Part shown: in pieces, positions 25,454-35,760 of the stretch
Layout of the letters: every line of letters starts with the position of its first letter
How positions within the stretch are numbered: the first letter of the stretch is position 1
Assembly: GCA_017456005.1 (NCBI GenBank)
Contig: JAFTLJ010000072.1
Span: 74,372 to 138,371 of the forward strand
Reading direction: 5' to 3'
DNA length: 64,000 nt
From: Clostridia bacterium
GTDB taxonomy: Bacteria > Bacillota > Clostridia > Oscillospirales > CAG-272
Notes under the pieces: model-generated
What the model saw: the letters and a program-made list of their open reading frames with translations, nothing else
Told to the model about the DNA's origin: nothing
The model's database searches: none
Program-made: the position numbers and the translations under genes

Positions 25454-25535
25454 ATTGACCTCCGTTTTTTTGTCGTTTGCAATAAACAAGATAATGCTTT
25501 TTTTAGATTTTGTAAAGTGAAAGACGTTTACTGTA

Positions 25536-25637
25536 TTCGACATATCTCGGCAATATTCGACAAAAAATCAAAGAAGCAATATACATAATGGAATAAATTG
25601 GGCACAAAATAGCGGTTGTTTGTAGAATTTTGTCGAA
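25536..25637. promoter_or_regulatory. cluster of three Spo0A-box-like heptamers
   Basis: TTCGACA at 25536-25542 and at 25556-25562 (both TGTCGAATA on the gene strand, 20 bp apart), and TGTCGAA at 25631-25637. Confidence 0.4.
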
Positions 25638-25687
25638 AAGAGTATAAAGTAAGAATATATGCTGAATTTTATGAATTATTATTCGTT

Positions 25688-25743
25688 AAATAAAAATGTC
25701 ATAGGGTGAAAACTCTGCAAAATGCGGTTTTTCACCTTATGAC
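25688..25743 (-). terminator. terminator after dusB
   Basis: 15-bp stem GTCATAAGGTGAAAA/TTTTCACCCTATGAC (one G-U pair), followed by ATTTTTATTT on the minus strand. Confidence 0.75.
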
Positions 25744-25754
25744 AAAGTGAATGA

Positions 25755-26741
25755 TTATTCATTTTCTGATTCGAGAGAATATGCATAATTCAGAAGAAGT
25801 TCTCTAACTTCTTCAAAAGAATCTATCAAATTAAGTTTGCCGCGTATGGTTGCGGAGCCGCGCAAAGATTTTGTAAAATGAGCTGTATGCACACGGCTTT
25901 CACGCAAACCGGTATATTCGCCCTTATCGGCAATTCTCATTTCTATCTCACGGATAGCTTCTTCTATTCGCTCGCGTGGGGTAGGCGGAGTGTATTCTTT
26001 CCCCTCGAGAGCCGCTTTTACTTCTTCGAAAATATAAGGGTTGCCAAGCGCTCCGCGAGCTATTGCCACCGCATCACATCCCGTTTCGCGGAACATATTA
26101 AGCGCATCTTCTGCATTAAATATATCTCCATTGCCTATAACAGGCACGGAAACGGCTTTTTTTACCTTTGCTATATAAGATATATCGACGCCGGGGGAGT
26201 ACAGCTGTTCTCTGGTTCTAGCGTGTACACATATGGCAGAAGCACCGTTTTCTTCTGCTATTTTTGCGACGTCAACAACATTTTTTGAAGAATTGTCCCA
26301 TCCCAATCGCATTTTCACAGTTACGGGGAGGTTGCCTGTAACGTTTTTTACCGCATATACAATTTTTCCCGCCAAATCGGGTGTTTTCATAAGCGCACTG
26401 CCTTCGCCGTTTTTTACCACTTTGTTCACAGGGCATCCCATGTTTATATCTATTGCGGCGCAGGGCGTTCCCGCCTTGATCGATTCGTTTATAAGGAAAT
26501 CCGCAGCGCGAGCCATATATTCCGGTTCGCAACCGAAAATTTGCAGAGCGATAGGCATTTCTTCTTCGCGTATTTTGGCAAGCAGAGGCGTTTTTTTATC
26601 GTTATAGCAAATAGCTTTTGCCGATATCATTTCGGAAACAAGATAATCCGCACCGAATCTTTTGCAGGAGGCACGAAATGTATAATCCCCCTCGCCGGCC
26701 ATGGGTGCAAGCATAACTTTCCCAAAAAAGTTTTCAGACAT
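25755..26741 (-). CDS. dusB: tRNA dihydrouridine synthase DusB
   Basis: LAPMAG...DINMGCP...KMRLGWD...HARTR motifs of the Dus family. Confidence 0.9.
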   Translation of the reverse strand: MSENFFGKVMLAPMAGEGDYTFRASCKRFGADYLVSEMISAKAICYNDKKTPLLAKIREEEMPIALQIFGCEPEYMARAADFLINESIKAGTPCAAIDINMGCPVNKVVKNGEGSALMKTPDLAGKIVYAVKNVTGNLPVTVKMRLGWDNSSKNVVDVAKIAEENGASAICVHARTREQLYSPGVDISYIAKVKKAVSVPVIGNGDIFNAEDALNMFRETGCDAVAIARGALGNPYIFEEVKAALEGKEYTPPTPRERIEEAIREIEMRIADKGEYTGLRESRVHTAHFTKSLRGSATIRGKLNLIDSFEEVRELLLNYAYSLESENE

Positions 26742-27019
26742 ATGCTTTTCTCCTTAGAAAAACTTTATTTACAATAATAATACAACATTGTGAAAAAAAA
26801 GTAAATAAAAAATTGAAAACTTGATAAAATGATATGGAAATAAAAGAAAAAACGGCGCAAAACTCTTGAAAGAAAGAACATTTTGTGGTATCATTATATA
26901 TAAAACATTATCATGAGTTATAATGCTCATTTTTAAAGCTTTAAATCTCATTTAAGAGAAATCTTAAACATTATTTCTATACCTTGGTATTTATAATGTT
27001 TGCTCTTCGGAGGAAGAAA

Positions 27020-28051
27020 ATGAAAAACGAACCTACGGCGCAGGGCTTTTTCGGAAATAATGCCGAAACGGGTGCGGAAGCCGTTATTTCCCAAAATCTC
27101 GAATACGTATTTTGTGCCGAAGCTTCAGTATATGAACGCAAATTTGCGCATTTAAGTGAGCGCGCCGCTGTAATCGCGCGTTTGCTTAAGGAAAAATCAA
27201 ATTTTACGGATGTTATGAAAGCGGTAGCTGTTTTCGACGAGGCATCGGAAATATATACAAAGTTAAAAGGCGAACGAATGGATTTTTCTTTGTATTTTGA
27301 TGAAGCCAACCAAGGTGAGTCGGCGTGCCTTTCAAAATATTCAAAAATATTAAATGACTTATATATATGTAGATCTATCGCATTGTTGAACGAAACAAAG
27401 TGCGGAAAAGAAGAACTTGAAGCCTTTATTTGCGAAAGAGAAGAGATAGAAATAGCGCAACATAAAGAAACTTATGATAAAAAAGTTTCCTTTGTTCGCG
27501 GAAATCAATCGGGGCGCGCTTTTGAATATTTTGCAAAGTTCGTTCCCGGTGTTTTGGCAGAATATGAAGAGGATTTCAAAAGCGCTTGCGAAGCTGTCGC
27601 AAACGGAGAATCAACATACGCTATAATTCCAATAGAAAACTCACTCGACGGAAGATTAAACAGCTTTTATAGGCTAATAGAAAAATATACTCTTTTTATT
27701 GTTTTGACTGCGGAAATTCCATCGGATGATTACGAAAGCAGTACAAAATTTGCTTTGGTTTATAGAAATCCAGATGTGATAGAAGCCGAAGGAGAAGAGT
27801 TTTTTGAATGTAAGCTCACTTTTTCACACCAAAGCGAGCTCGGAAACGTAATACTTGCTGCGGACTACTTTGGAGCAGAGGTGCGCAAAATACACTCTTT
27901 GCCCCTTTCCTTTGGTGGAAGAGAAAATTCTTTTGATATAATTTTCGGGATAGATGGGTCGGATCTGGCAGGGCTTTTCTGCTATCTGTTCTTAGAATAT
28001 CCTCATTTTACTACAGTGGGATTTTATACTTCTGTGGAGGTATATACGTGA
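27020..28051 (+). CDS. divergent prephenate-dehydratase/ACT-like protein with an N-terminal helical extension
   Basis: YAIIPIENSLDGRLNSFYRLI resembles the PDT PIENS.EG motif. It has TKF where TRF is expected and HSLP where ESRP is expected. ATG 27020 follows GGAGGA. The stop overlaps the ruvC GTG (GTGA). Confidence 0.55.
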   Translation: MKNEPTAQGFFGNNAETGAEAVISQNLEYVFCAEASVYERKFAHLSERAAVIARLLKEKSNFTDVMKAVAVFDEASEIYTKLKGERMDFSLYFDEANQGESACLSKYSKILNDLYICRSIALLNETKCGKEELEAFICEREEIEIAQHKETYDKKVSFVRGNQSGRAFEYFAKFVPGVLAEYEEDFKSACEAVANGESTYAIIPIENSLDGRLNSFYRLIEKYTLFIVLTAEIPSDDYESSTKFALVYRNPDVIEAEGEEFFECKLTFSHQSELGNVILAADYFGAEVRKIHSLPLSFGGRENSFDIIFGIDGSDLAGLFCYLFLEYPHFTTVGFYTSVEVYT

Positions 28052-28563
28052 GAATACTTGGTATAGACCCGGGAATAGCCATTGTCGGTTATGGCGTTAT
28101 AGATGCCGAACGCGGTAATTTCCGTTTGGTTGCAATGGGCGCTTCTCGCACACCTACGGGCATTCCCGTAGAAAAGCGTGTGGAAATGGTATATGACGAT
28201 ATTTGTGAGCTTATAGACGCTTATAAGCCTGATTGTATGGCTTGCGAAGAGCTTTTCTTTAATACCAACCAAAAAACGGCTATTGCCGTGGCAGAGGCAC
28301 GCGGAGTCATTTTGCTTGCGGCAATGAAGAAAAATTTGGATTTTTATGAATACACTCCCCTCCAAGTTAAACAATCCGTTGTTGGCTACGGAAGGGCGGA
28401 GAAGCGGCAAGTTATGGAAATGGTAAAAATGTTTTTGCATCTTGAAAAAGTGCCTAAACTTGATGATACTGCAGATGCATTGGCATTGGCTATATGCCAC
28501 GCACACGCATCTGAATCTAAAATACAGGGATTTTATAATTTAAAGAAGGAAAAATTGCTTTGA
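28048..28563 (+). CDS. ruvC: crossover junction endodeoxyribonuclease RuvC
   Basis: MRILGIDPGIAIVGYGVID...EELFF...ADALALAICHA. Confidence 0.95.
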   Translation: MRILGIDPGIAIVGYGVIDAERGNFRLVAMGASRTPTGIPVEKRVEMVYDDICELIDAYKPDCMACEELFFNTNQKTAIAVAEARGVILLAAMKKNLDFYEYTPLQVKQSVVGYGRAEKRQVMEMVKMFLHLEKVPKLDDTADALALAICHAHASESKIQGFYNLKKEKLL

Positions 28564-28586
28564 TTTTTTAAAGCAGGTAATATACT

Positions 28587-29204
28587 ATGTTTTATTATGT
28601 TCGCGGCGAACTTGCGGTTTTAGAACCCGGAACGGCTGTTGTAGATTGTGCAGGTGTTGGATATAAGCTTCTGATAAGCGATAACACCCTTGGAAAGCTT
28701 GCAAATATGGATAAAAAGGAAGTTTTGCTATATACGTATATGTATGTACGCGAAGATGCGGTAGATCTTATAGGCTTTGCATCCAAAGAAGAGCTTTCTG
28801 CATTTAAAATGCTTATTTCCGTTTCCGGCGTGGGTCCCAAGGCCGCTATGTCCATACTATCGTTGTTAACGGTAGAAAAATTTGCACTTGCAGTAAGTAC
28901 ACAGGATTCCAAAGCTATCGCAAAAGCTTCTGGTATTGGCCCGAAAACTGCGGCGCGCATAGTGCTGGAGCTTAAAGAGAAGGTAGCAAAGGAATTTGCG
29001 GCGGTTCCTGCAGGCATAACAGAGCAAGAATTGTTCAAAGAAGAAATCAGTATGAGCGGCAACCTTGCGGAGGCAGAAAAAGCTCTTATGGTTCTTGGAT
29101 ATACGAAGGCCGAAGCGCAAACCGCCCTTAAAGGAGTACCGCCGACAGCGAGCCTTGAAGAAATGGTTTCTGCGGCGCTCAGAAAAATGGCACTTCGCTT
29201 TTGA
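28587..29204 (+). CDS. ruvA: Holliday junction branch migration protein RuvA
   Basis: MFYYVRGEL...VGYKL...L.SVSGVGPK.A..IL. Confidence 0.95.
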   Translation: MFYYVRGELAVLEPGTAVVDCAGVGYKLLISDNTLGKLANMDKKEVLLYTYMYVREDAVDLIGFASKEELSAFKMLISVSGVGPKAAMSILSLLTVEKFALAVSTQDSKAIAKASGIGPKTAARIVLELKEKVAKEFAAVPAGITEQELFKEEISMSGNLAEAEKALMVLGYTKAEAQTALKGVPPTASLEEMVSAALRKMALRF

Positions 29205-29222
29205 TTTTAGGGGTATTTTATA

Positions 29223-30320
29223 ATGATAGATAGATTTGACACTTCCGATTACAGCTCTGCCGAAAGCGGAGAAAGAATAATCGGCACATCATATAGAGAA
29301 GAAGACAGCGAAATAGAAAACGGACTTCGTCCGCACGCGTTAGATGAATATATTGGCCAAGAAAAAGCGAAAGAAAACTTAAAAATATACATCGAAGCCG
29401 CAAGAAAAAGGGCAGATGCTCTCGATCACGTGCTTTTATACGGTCCTCCCGGACTTGGTAAAACAACTCTTTCTACGATCATTGCAAACGAGCTCGGTGT
29501 GAATATACGAATTACGTCCGGTCCCGCGATCGCCAAACCCGGCGACCTCGCAGCGATACTAACCAGCCTTTCTGAAAACGATGTGCTTTTTATAGATGAG
29601 ATTCACCGTCTTTCCAGAAATGTGGAAGAAATTCTTTATCCCGCAATGGAAGACTATGTAATAGACTTTTTTGTTGGAAATGGTCCGGCGGCGCGCAGCG
29701 TTCGCCTGCCGTTGCCAAAATTCACGCTTATAGGTGCTACAACACGCGCAGGTCAGCTTTCTACACCTTTGCGCGACAGATTCGGTGTTTTGCTTCGCTT
29801 AGAGCTTTACACGCCGGAGGAGCTTGCGCTTATAGTTAAGCGTAGCGCGGGAATACTCGATATTATGATAGAAGAAGACGGCGCTATGGAAATAGCAAAG
29901 CGTTCTCGCGGTACACCTCGTATAGCTAACCGTATGCTGAAGCGCGTGCGCGATTTTGCCCAGGTACGCGGCGATGGAATTATAACCAGAGAGATTGCAG
30001 ATAAAGCGCTTACAATGCTTGAAATAGACCATCTTGGGCTTGATAATATCGACCGACGCATGCTTACTACCATTATAAGGTTTTATGATGGCGGCCCCGT
30101 AGGGCTTGAAACTCTGGCGGCTACGATAGGCGAAGAATCCATAACTTTAGAGGATGTGTACGAGCCTTACCTTATGCAGATAGGCTTTCTGAGCCGCACG
30201 CCCAGGGGCAGATGCGTAACTCACCTTGCATATGAGCATTTGGGGATTCCGTTCAGACGTGTCGTTCACGCCGCAGATTCCCCTATGCAAACAAAAATAA
30301 ACTTTGATGAAGGAAAATGA
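29223..30320 (+). CDS. ruvB: Holliday junction DNA helicase RuvB
   Basis: [12 protein letters not shown]...[13 protein letters not shown]...LFIDEIHRL. Confidence 0.95.
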   Translation: MIDRFDTSDYSSAESGERIIGTSYREEDSEIENGLRPHALDEYIGQEKAKENLKIYIEAARKRADALDHVLLYGPPGLGKTTLSTIIANELGVNIRITSGPAIAKPGDLAAILTSLSENDVLFIDEIHRLSRNVEEILYPAMEDYVIDFFVGNGPAARSVRLPLPKFTLIGATTRAGQLSTPLRDRFGVLLRLELYTPEELALIVKRSAGILDIMIEEDGAMEIAKRSRGTPRIANRMLKRVRDFAQVRGDGIITREIADKALTMLEIDHLGLDNIDRRMLTTIIRFYDGGPVGLETLAATIGEESITLEDVYEPYLMQIGFLSRTPRGRCVTHLAYEHLGIPFRRVVHAADSPMQTKINFDEGK

Positions 30321-30325
30321 TTTAA

Positions 30326-31183
30326 ATGTGGATAGCAGACGCTTGGAAGGAATATGAACTTATAGATACATCGGACGGGCTTCGCCTTGAACGTTGGGGA
30401 AAATATACGCTTGTACGCCCCGATCCGCAGGTTATTTGGCGCGGAGTAAAAGAAAATCCTCTTTGGAAAAAAGCCGATGGCGTTTATTCTCGCGAAGGCG
30501 GCGGCGGCAAATGGTCCAAGCTTGCCGTGCCCGAAAGCTGGAACGTAAATTACGGGAATTTGAAATTCAAAATAAATCCAATGGGCTTTAAGCATACGGG
30601 GCTTTTCCCGGAACAGGCTGTGAACTGGGATTGGTTTTCCGACCTTATTGCAAACGCCAATCGCCCTATAAAAGTGCTTAATCTCTTTGCCTATACAGGC
30701 GGTGCAACTGTGGCAGCGGCAGCGGCAGGTGCTTCTGTTTGCCACGTAGATGCTTCCAAAGGCATGGTTCAAATGGCAAAAGAAAACGCGGCACTTTCCG
30801 GGCTTGCCGATGCACATGTAAGATATATTGTAGACGATTGCGAAAAATTTGTGGAACGCGAAATACGCAGGGGAAACAAATACGACGGAATTATAATGGA
30901 CCCCCCTTCGTATGGCAGAGGCCCGAACGGGGAGGTTTGGAAGTTGGAGGAGTGCATAGGAAGGTTTGTTTCTTCCGCGGCTAAACTTCTTTCCGATGAT
31001 CCTCTTTTCTTCCTTTTGAATTCTTATACAACGGGGCTTTCCGCCTCCACAATGGGGTATATACTCAACCTTGAAATAGCAAAAAAACGCGGCGGCAACG
31101 TTGTTTCCGATGAAATTGGGCTTGCCGTTACTCAAACAGGGGCACCGCTTCCTTGCGGCGCTTCTTCCAGATGGACTAAATAA
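30326..31183 (+). CDS. class I SAM-dependent methyltransferase (COG1092/RlmI-like catalytic domain)
   Basis: VLNLFAYTGGATVAAA...IIMDPPSYGRG. Confidence 0.8.
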   Translation: MWIADAWKEYELIDTSDGLRLERWGKYTLVRPDPQVIWRGVKENPLWKKADGVYSREGGGGKWSKLAVPESWNVNYGNLKFKINPMGFKHTGLFPEQAVNWDWFSDLIANANRPIKVLNLFAYTGGATVAAAAAGASVCHVDASKGMVQMAKENAALSGLADAHVRYIVDDCEKFVEREIRRGNKYDGIIMDPPSYGRGPNGEVWKLEECIGRFVSSAAKLLSDDPLFFLLNSYTTGLSASTMGYILNLEIAKKRGGNVVSDEIGLAVTQTGAPLPCGASSRWTK

Positions 31184-31206
31184 CTATTTATTTTTGGGGT
31201 GTAAAA

Positions 31207-32082
31207 ATGGCTGAAATTGTTATAAAAGCAGAAAATCTATCTTTCTTTTACGAAGAAGATGATGGGGCAAAAATACCTGTGCTTCAAAACTTCGATCTCG
31301 AAATCGAGAAGGGCTCTTTCGTTGCTCTTCTTGGGCATAACGGAAGTGGCAAAAGCACTCTTGCAAAACTTTTTAACCTTATACTTACACCCGAATCGGG
31401 TAATCTGTATCTTTTCGGCAAAAGAGTAGATGAAAACGAAATGACAGATGACGAGCTTTTTGAAATACGCCGACGTATCGGGATGGTTTTTCAAAACCCC
31501 GATAACCAACTCGTTGCCACAATAGTTGAAGAAGACGTGGCTTTTGGTCCTGAAAACCTCGGTGTACCGCCCAAAGAAATACGCCAACGCGTAGATGATG
31601 CACTTGATTTTGTGAAAATGAAAAAGTTTGCACGCCATAGCCCACATCAGCTTTCCGGTGGGCAAAAACAACGTGTGGCAATAGCAGGAATTTTGGCTTG
31701 CAAACCGGAAGTAATAATTTTTGACGAATCTACCGCTATGCTCGATCCCTTGGGGCGCGCAGAGGTAATGTCCACCATTGAAACGCTGAATAAAGAATTC
31801 GGCACGACGATTGTTCTTATAACCCATTACATGGAAGAGGCTACGAAAGCAGGACGTGTTGTCGTTATAGACAACGGCAAAAAGCTTTTAGACGGAACGC
31901 CGAAAGAAGTATTTAAAGAAACCAAAATATTGCGCAAAGCAGGGCTAGATATTCCACAGACAACTCTTCTTTTGCAAGAGCTTGCCGATATGGGATATGA
32001 TCTTCCGAGAAATGCGCTTACACCCGAAGAAGGTGCGGAAGCACTTGCGAAAATTCTATCTGAAAAGGAAAAGATAAAATGA
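31207..32082 (+). CDS. ecfA1: ECF transporter ATPase EcfA1
   Basis: GHNGSGKST, LSGGQKQRVAIA, IIFDESTAMLDP. First gene of the ecfA-ecfA-ecfT set. Confidence 0.9.
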   Translation: MAEIVIKAENLSFFYEEDDGAKIPVLQNFDLEIEKGSFVALLGHNGSGKSTLAKLFNLILTPESGNLYLFGKRVDENEMTDDELFEIRRRIGMVFQNPDNQLVATIVEEDVAFGPENLGVPPKEIRQRVDDALDFVKMKKFARHSPHQLSGGQKQRVAIAGILACKPEVIIFDESTAMLDPLGRAEVMSTIETLNKEFGTTIVLITHYMEEATKAGRVVVIDNGKKLLDGTPKEVFKETKILRKAGLDIPQTTLLLQELADMGYDLPRNALTPEEGAEALAKILSEKEKIK

Positions 32083-32942
32083 CGGCAGCAGAACTGAAAA
32101 ATGTATCTTATATATATAGCCAAAATACGCCGTTTATGAAAGTAGCGGTAGATAATATTAACATAACCTTTGAAGAGAATATGACTATCGGCCTTATCGG
32201 CCATACGGGCAGTGGAAAATCAACTGTTGCGCAAATGCTCAACGGTATTTTACGCCCAACCTCGGGTGACGTTTTGATACGCGGCAAAAATATGTGGGAA
32301 AGCCCCAAAAAACTAAAAGAATTTCGCTATCTGACGGGTCTTGTTTTTCAATACCCCGAATATCAGCTTTTTGAAGAAACCGTTTATAAAGATATCGCCT
32401 TTGGCCCGAAAAATATGGGGCTTGCAGAGGAAGCTATAGACAGAAGAGTGCGCGAAGCAGCAAACTTTGTAGGTCTTTCCGAAAGCGTTCTCGAAAAATC
32501 CCCGTTTGATATATCCGGTGGGCAAAAACGCCGTGTTGCTATAGCCGGTGTTATTGCAATGAACCCCAAAAACCTTGTATTGGATGAACCTGCGGCAGGG
32601 CTTGACCCTCGCGGCAGAGATGAAATACTCGGAAGAATACGCGAATATCAGCAACAAACGCATTCTACGGTTATTATGATAAGCCACAGTATGGAAGATA
32701 TGGCGCTGTATTGTGATAAACTTGTGGTTATGCATGAATCTAAGCCAATTATGGCAGGAACCTGTGAGGAAGTTTTCTCTCGCGCTGAAGAACTTGAAAA
32801 AGCCGGGCTTGCCGTTCCGCAAGTTACCAAACTCATGATGGAGCTTAATAATAGGGGATATAATGTAAATACATCTGTTTATACAGTAGAGGAAGCAAAA
32901 AAAGAGCTTCTTCGCGTACTGGGAGGTGAAATAAAATGCTGA
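32079..32942 (+). CDS. ecfA2: ECF transporter ATPase EcfA2
   Basis: GHTGSGKST, ISGGQKRRVAIA, LVLDEPAAGLDP. Overlaps ecfA1 by 4 nt. Confidence 0.9.
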   Translation: MTAAELKNVSYIYSQNTPFMKVAVDNINITFEENMTIGLIGHTGSGKSTVAQMLNGILRPTSGDVLIRGKNMWESPKKLKEFRYLTGLVFQYPEYQLFEETVYKDIAFGPKNMGLAEEAIDRRVREAANFVGLSESVLEKSPFDISGGQKRRVAIAGVIAMNPKNLVLDEPAAGLDPRGRDEILGRIREYQQQTHSTVIMISHSMEDMALYCDKLVVMHESKPIMAGTCEEVFSRAEELEKAGLAVPQVTKLMMELNNRGYNVNTSVYTVEEAKKELLRVLGGEIKC

Positions 32943-33757
32943 AAGATATAACTCTTGGTCAATTTTTTCCCGGTAATTCTGTTTTGCACAGGCTTGACCC
33001 ACGAGTAAAAATTGTTATATGCATTGCATATATAGTTGGCATTTTCCTGTGTAATTCACTTGCCGCGTATATATTTCTTATTGCCATGACGGTTTTGCTG
33101 ATGCTTATTTCACAGCTTCCTGTAAAAACCGTTTTAAAGGGAATACAGCCCGTTGTGGTAATAATAATTTTCACGGCTGTATTAAATGTTTTTTGGCGAG
33201 GCGGCGAAACAGAGCTTTTCAGCTTTTGGATAATAACTATTTATCTTGAAGGCGTTACTTCTGCCATATTTATGATGATACGTATTATAGCACTTGTTAT
33301 CGGCACTTGTATTATTTTGACGTATACTACGTCCCCCATAGCACTTACAGATGCTATAGAGCGTTTGCTCTCACCGTTGCGCATTTTTAAAATTCCCGTA
33401 CATGAATTTGCTATGATGATGACTATTGCGCTAAGGTTTATTCCCACTCTTATAGAAGAAACCGATAAAATCATGAATGCTCAAAAAGCGAGAGGCTCCG
33501 ATTTTTCTACAGGCAGTCTTGCAGAAAGAGCAAAGGCTCTTGTGCCTGTTCTGGTGCCCCTTTTCATTTCTTCTTTTAGAAGAGCGGATGAGCTTGCTGT
33601 TGCGATGGAATGCAGATGCTACCGTGGCGGTTCCGGCAGAACGAGAATGACACAGCTTCATTTAGCTAAAAGAGATTTCTTTTCTATCCTTTTAACAGCT
33701 TTATTTATAGCATCGGTTTTACTAATCAATCAATATTTTCCTATATATGTAGTTTAA
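32936..33757 (+). CDS. ecfT: ECF transporter transmembrane component EcfT
   Basis: LHRLDPRVK... and ARGSDF...ELAVAMECRCY, typical of EcfT/CbiQ. Confidence 0.9.
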   Translation: MLKDITLGQFFPGNSVLHRLDPRVKIVICIAYIVGIFLCNSLAAYIFLIAMTVLLMLISQLPVKTVLKGIQPVVVIIIFTAVLNVFWRGGETELFSFWIITIYLEGVTSAIFMMIRIIALVIGTCIILTYTTSPIALTDAIERLLSPLRIFKIPVHEFAMMMTIALRFIPTLIEETDKIMNAQKARGSDFSTGSLAERAKALVPVLVPLFISSFRRADELAVAMECRCYRGGSGRTRMTQLHLAKRDFFSILLTALFIASVLLINQYFPIYVV

Positions 33758-33761
33758 ACAA

Positions 33762-34517
33762 ATGAAGTATCTATTAAAACTTTCTTATTGCGGCACAAAT
33801 TATGCAGGCTTTCAGGTTCAGCCCAATGCGAACACTGTACAAGCAGAACTTATGAGTGCCGCAGAAAAAATTTTTACAGTTCCGTGCCTTGTAACGGGAT
33901 GCAGCCGAACAGACAGCGGTGTGCACGCATACGAATATTATGCTACGGTCGAAGTTTCCTGCCAAGGAGCCAATATTTCTTCCGATAAAGTACCGCGCGC
34001 GCTTGCATCTGTATTACCCGATGATATATCGGTTATATCCGCTTGGCATGTGGAAGATAATTTTTCGGTTCGCCGTGCCGTCAGCGGCAAGGAATATGTA
34101 TATACATTATGGACAAAAGAGTATTCAAACCCTTTTCTTGCCGACAGAGCGTGGCATTACACGCGCCAGCTGAATATCTCCAAAATGAATGAAGCCGCAA
34201 AGCTTTTGCAAGGCAAACAAGATTTTGCCGCGTTTATGTCCAGCGGAAGCAGCATAACTGATACCGTGAGAACCATTACACGTTGTGAAGTTATCGCAAG
34301 TGAAGACGGCATAGTAAAAATTTACGTTGCGGCAGATGGATTTTTATATAATATGGTAAGAATTATTGTGGGGACACTGGTTTATGTGAGCGAAGGAAAA
34401 ATAAAAATCGAAGATATTTCGGATATACTTCGCTCTAAAGATAGAAAAAAGGCAGGAAAAACAGCCCCGGCAGGTGGTCTTTATTTAAACAAAGTATTTA
34501 TTGAGTTTGAAAGGTAA
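33762..34517 (+). CDS. truA: tRNA pseudouridine(38-40) synthase TruA
   Basis: Y.GT.Y.GFQ.Q...GCSRTDSGVHA...GFLYNMVR. Confidence 0.95.
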   Translation: MKYLLKLSYCGTNYAGFQVQPNANTVQAELMSAAEKIFTVPCLVTGCSRTDSGVHAYEYYATVEVSCQGANISSDKVPRALASVLPDDISVISAWHVEDNFSVRRAVSGKEYVYTLWTKEYSNPFLADRAWHYTRQLNISKMNEAAKLLQGKQDFAAFMSSGSSITDTVRTITRCEVIASEDGIVKIYVAADGFLYNMVRIIVGTLVYVSEGKIKIEDISDILRSKDRKKAGKTAPAGGLYLNKVFIEFER

Positions 34518-34523
34518 TCAAGC

Positions 34524-35747
34524 ATGGCACGAAGCATTTTTTCTCGTATTAAAGATAAAACCGATACAATGGCGGCATATCTTCCGTACGAAAGCGTATA
34601 CTATGAGAGTATAGCGGATTGTTATAAATATGTAAGACAAGGAATGGTTGTGCTGTTTGCGTTCGTTGTTCTTTTGATTATTTTATTATGCCACAAAGAA
34701 TTGCAACCGGAAAATTTCCGTTACCTTTTCAAATATATAGATGTAGACCCTGTAGCTATTTCTGCAAACTATAACGATATTTATTATAATACGAACGATA
34801 ATACTGTTTTCACCTTTTATAAAGGCGACCTTGCCATTATCGGAGATGGAAGGATAAAGCTATACAACATAGCGGGGAATAATATTTTAGACGAAAAACT
34901 TGAAACAGAAAATGCCATGTGCAGTTCCGACGGAAAATACCTTGTTATGTATTATCCGGGAGAAAAGAGCATTTCCGTTTTTAATTCATTTTCGAAGCTT
35001 TACAGTATTGAATACGACTATCCCGTTATGTATGCTTCCGCAGGCTCAAACGGCAGTTTTTCTGTAGTTACGAGGGACGAAAATTATCGCTCAACTGTAT
35101 ATATATATAATAGCTCTTTTAAAAGCGCATATACTTGGCGCAGTAATGAAAAATATGCCGTTTCTGCGGCAATATCGCCAAACGGAAAGAATGCGGCCGT
35201 GCTCACTTACATTCAAAACGAAGGAACTTTCTTGCGCGAAATTACCGTTCGCAATATATCAAAAGACAAGCAAATACTTTCTTCCTCTTCGGAAGGCGGC
35301 ATGCCTTTAAAAGTTGGATTTTTTGAAAACGACTGCATGTATATCGTAAACTCCGATGGGGTGGAATTTTACAATAAAGATTTTGAAAAAACAACAAGCG
35401 TTTCTTTTGAAAGCGAGCTTCAGTTTTACAATACGTTTTCGGATGGAGCTGTTTTTATAACAGGGAAAAACAAATCCGATACTACCGTGCATTATTTCGA
35501 TTCAAAAGGCAACAAAAAATTAACAGAAAATTTTCAATATACCGTATTGGATGCTAAAATTATTGATGATATAATATATTTACTTACAGATACGGAAATA
35601 TATAGGTTTTCAAACAGAGCCATCGCAAAAGCAAAAATAGAGGGCGGGGCAGAGGCAATGTTCCTTTTTAACGATGGCAACGTTATGGTTTGCTATGAAA
35701 CACAAACCAATCTTATAAAAGAATCTGATTTTAAAAAAATCAATTGA
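34524..35747 (+). CDS. membrane-anchored hypothetical protein (single N-terminal TM, beta-rich; possibly DUF5711-like)
   Basis: 407-codon ORF. Hydrophobic segment MVVLFAFVVLLIILL, then a repetitive beta-rich region. Family assignment is from memory only. Confidence 0.55.
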   Translation: MARSIFSRIKDKTDTMAAYLPYESVYYESIADCYKYVRQGMVVLFAFVVLLIILLCHKELQPENFRYLFKYIDVDPVAISANYNDIYYNTNDNTVFTFYKGDLAIIGDGRIKLYNIAGNNILDEKLETENAMCSSDGKYLVMYYPGEKSISVFNSFSKLYSIEYDYPVMYASAGSNGSFSVVTRDENYRSTVYIYNSSFKSAYTWRSNEKYAVSAAISPNGKNAAVLTYIQNEGTFLREITVRNISKDKQILSSSSEGGMPLKVGFFENDCMYIVNSDGVEFYNKDFEKTTSVSFESELQFYNTFSDGAVFITGKNKSDTTVHYFDSKGNKKLTENFQYTVLDAKIIDDIIYLLTDTEIYRFSNRAIAKAKIEGGAEAMFLFNDGNVMVCYETQTNLIKESDFKKIN

Positions 35748-35760
35748 AAGGAGATTATCC

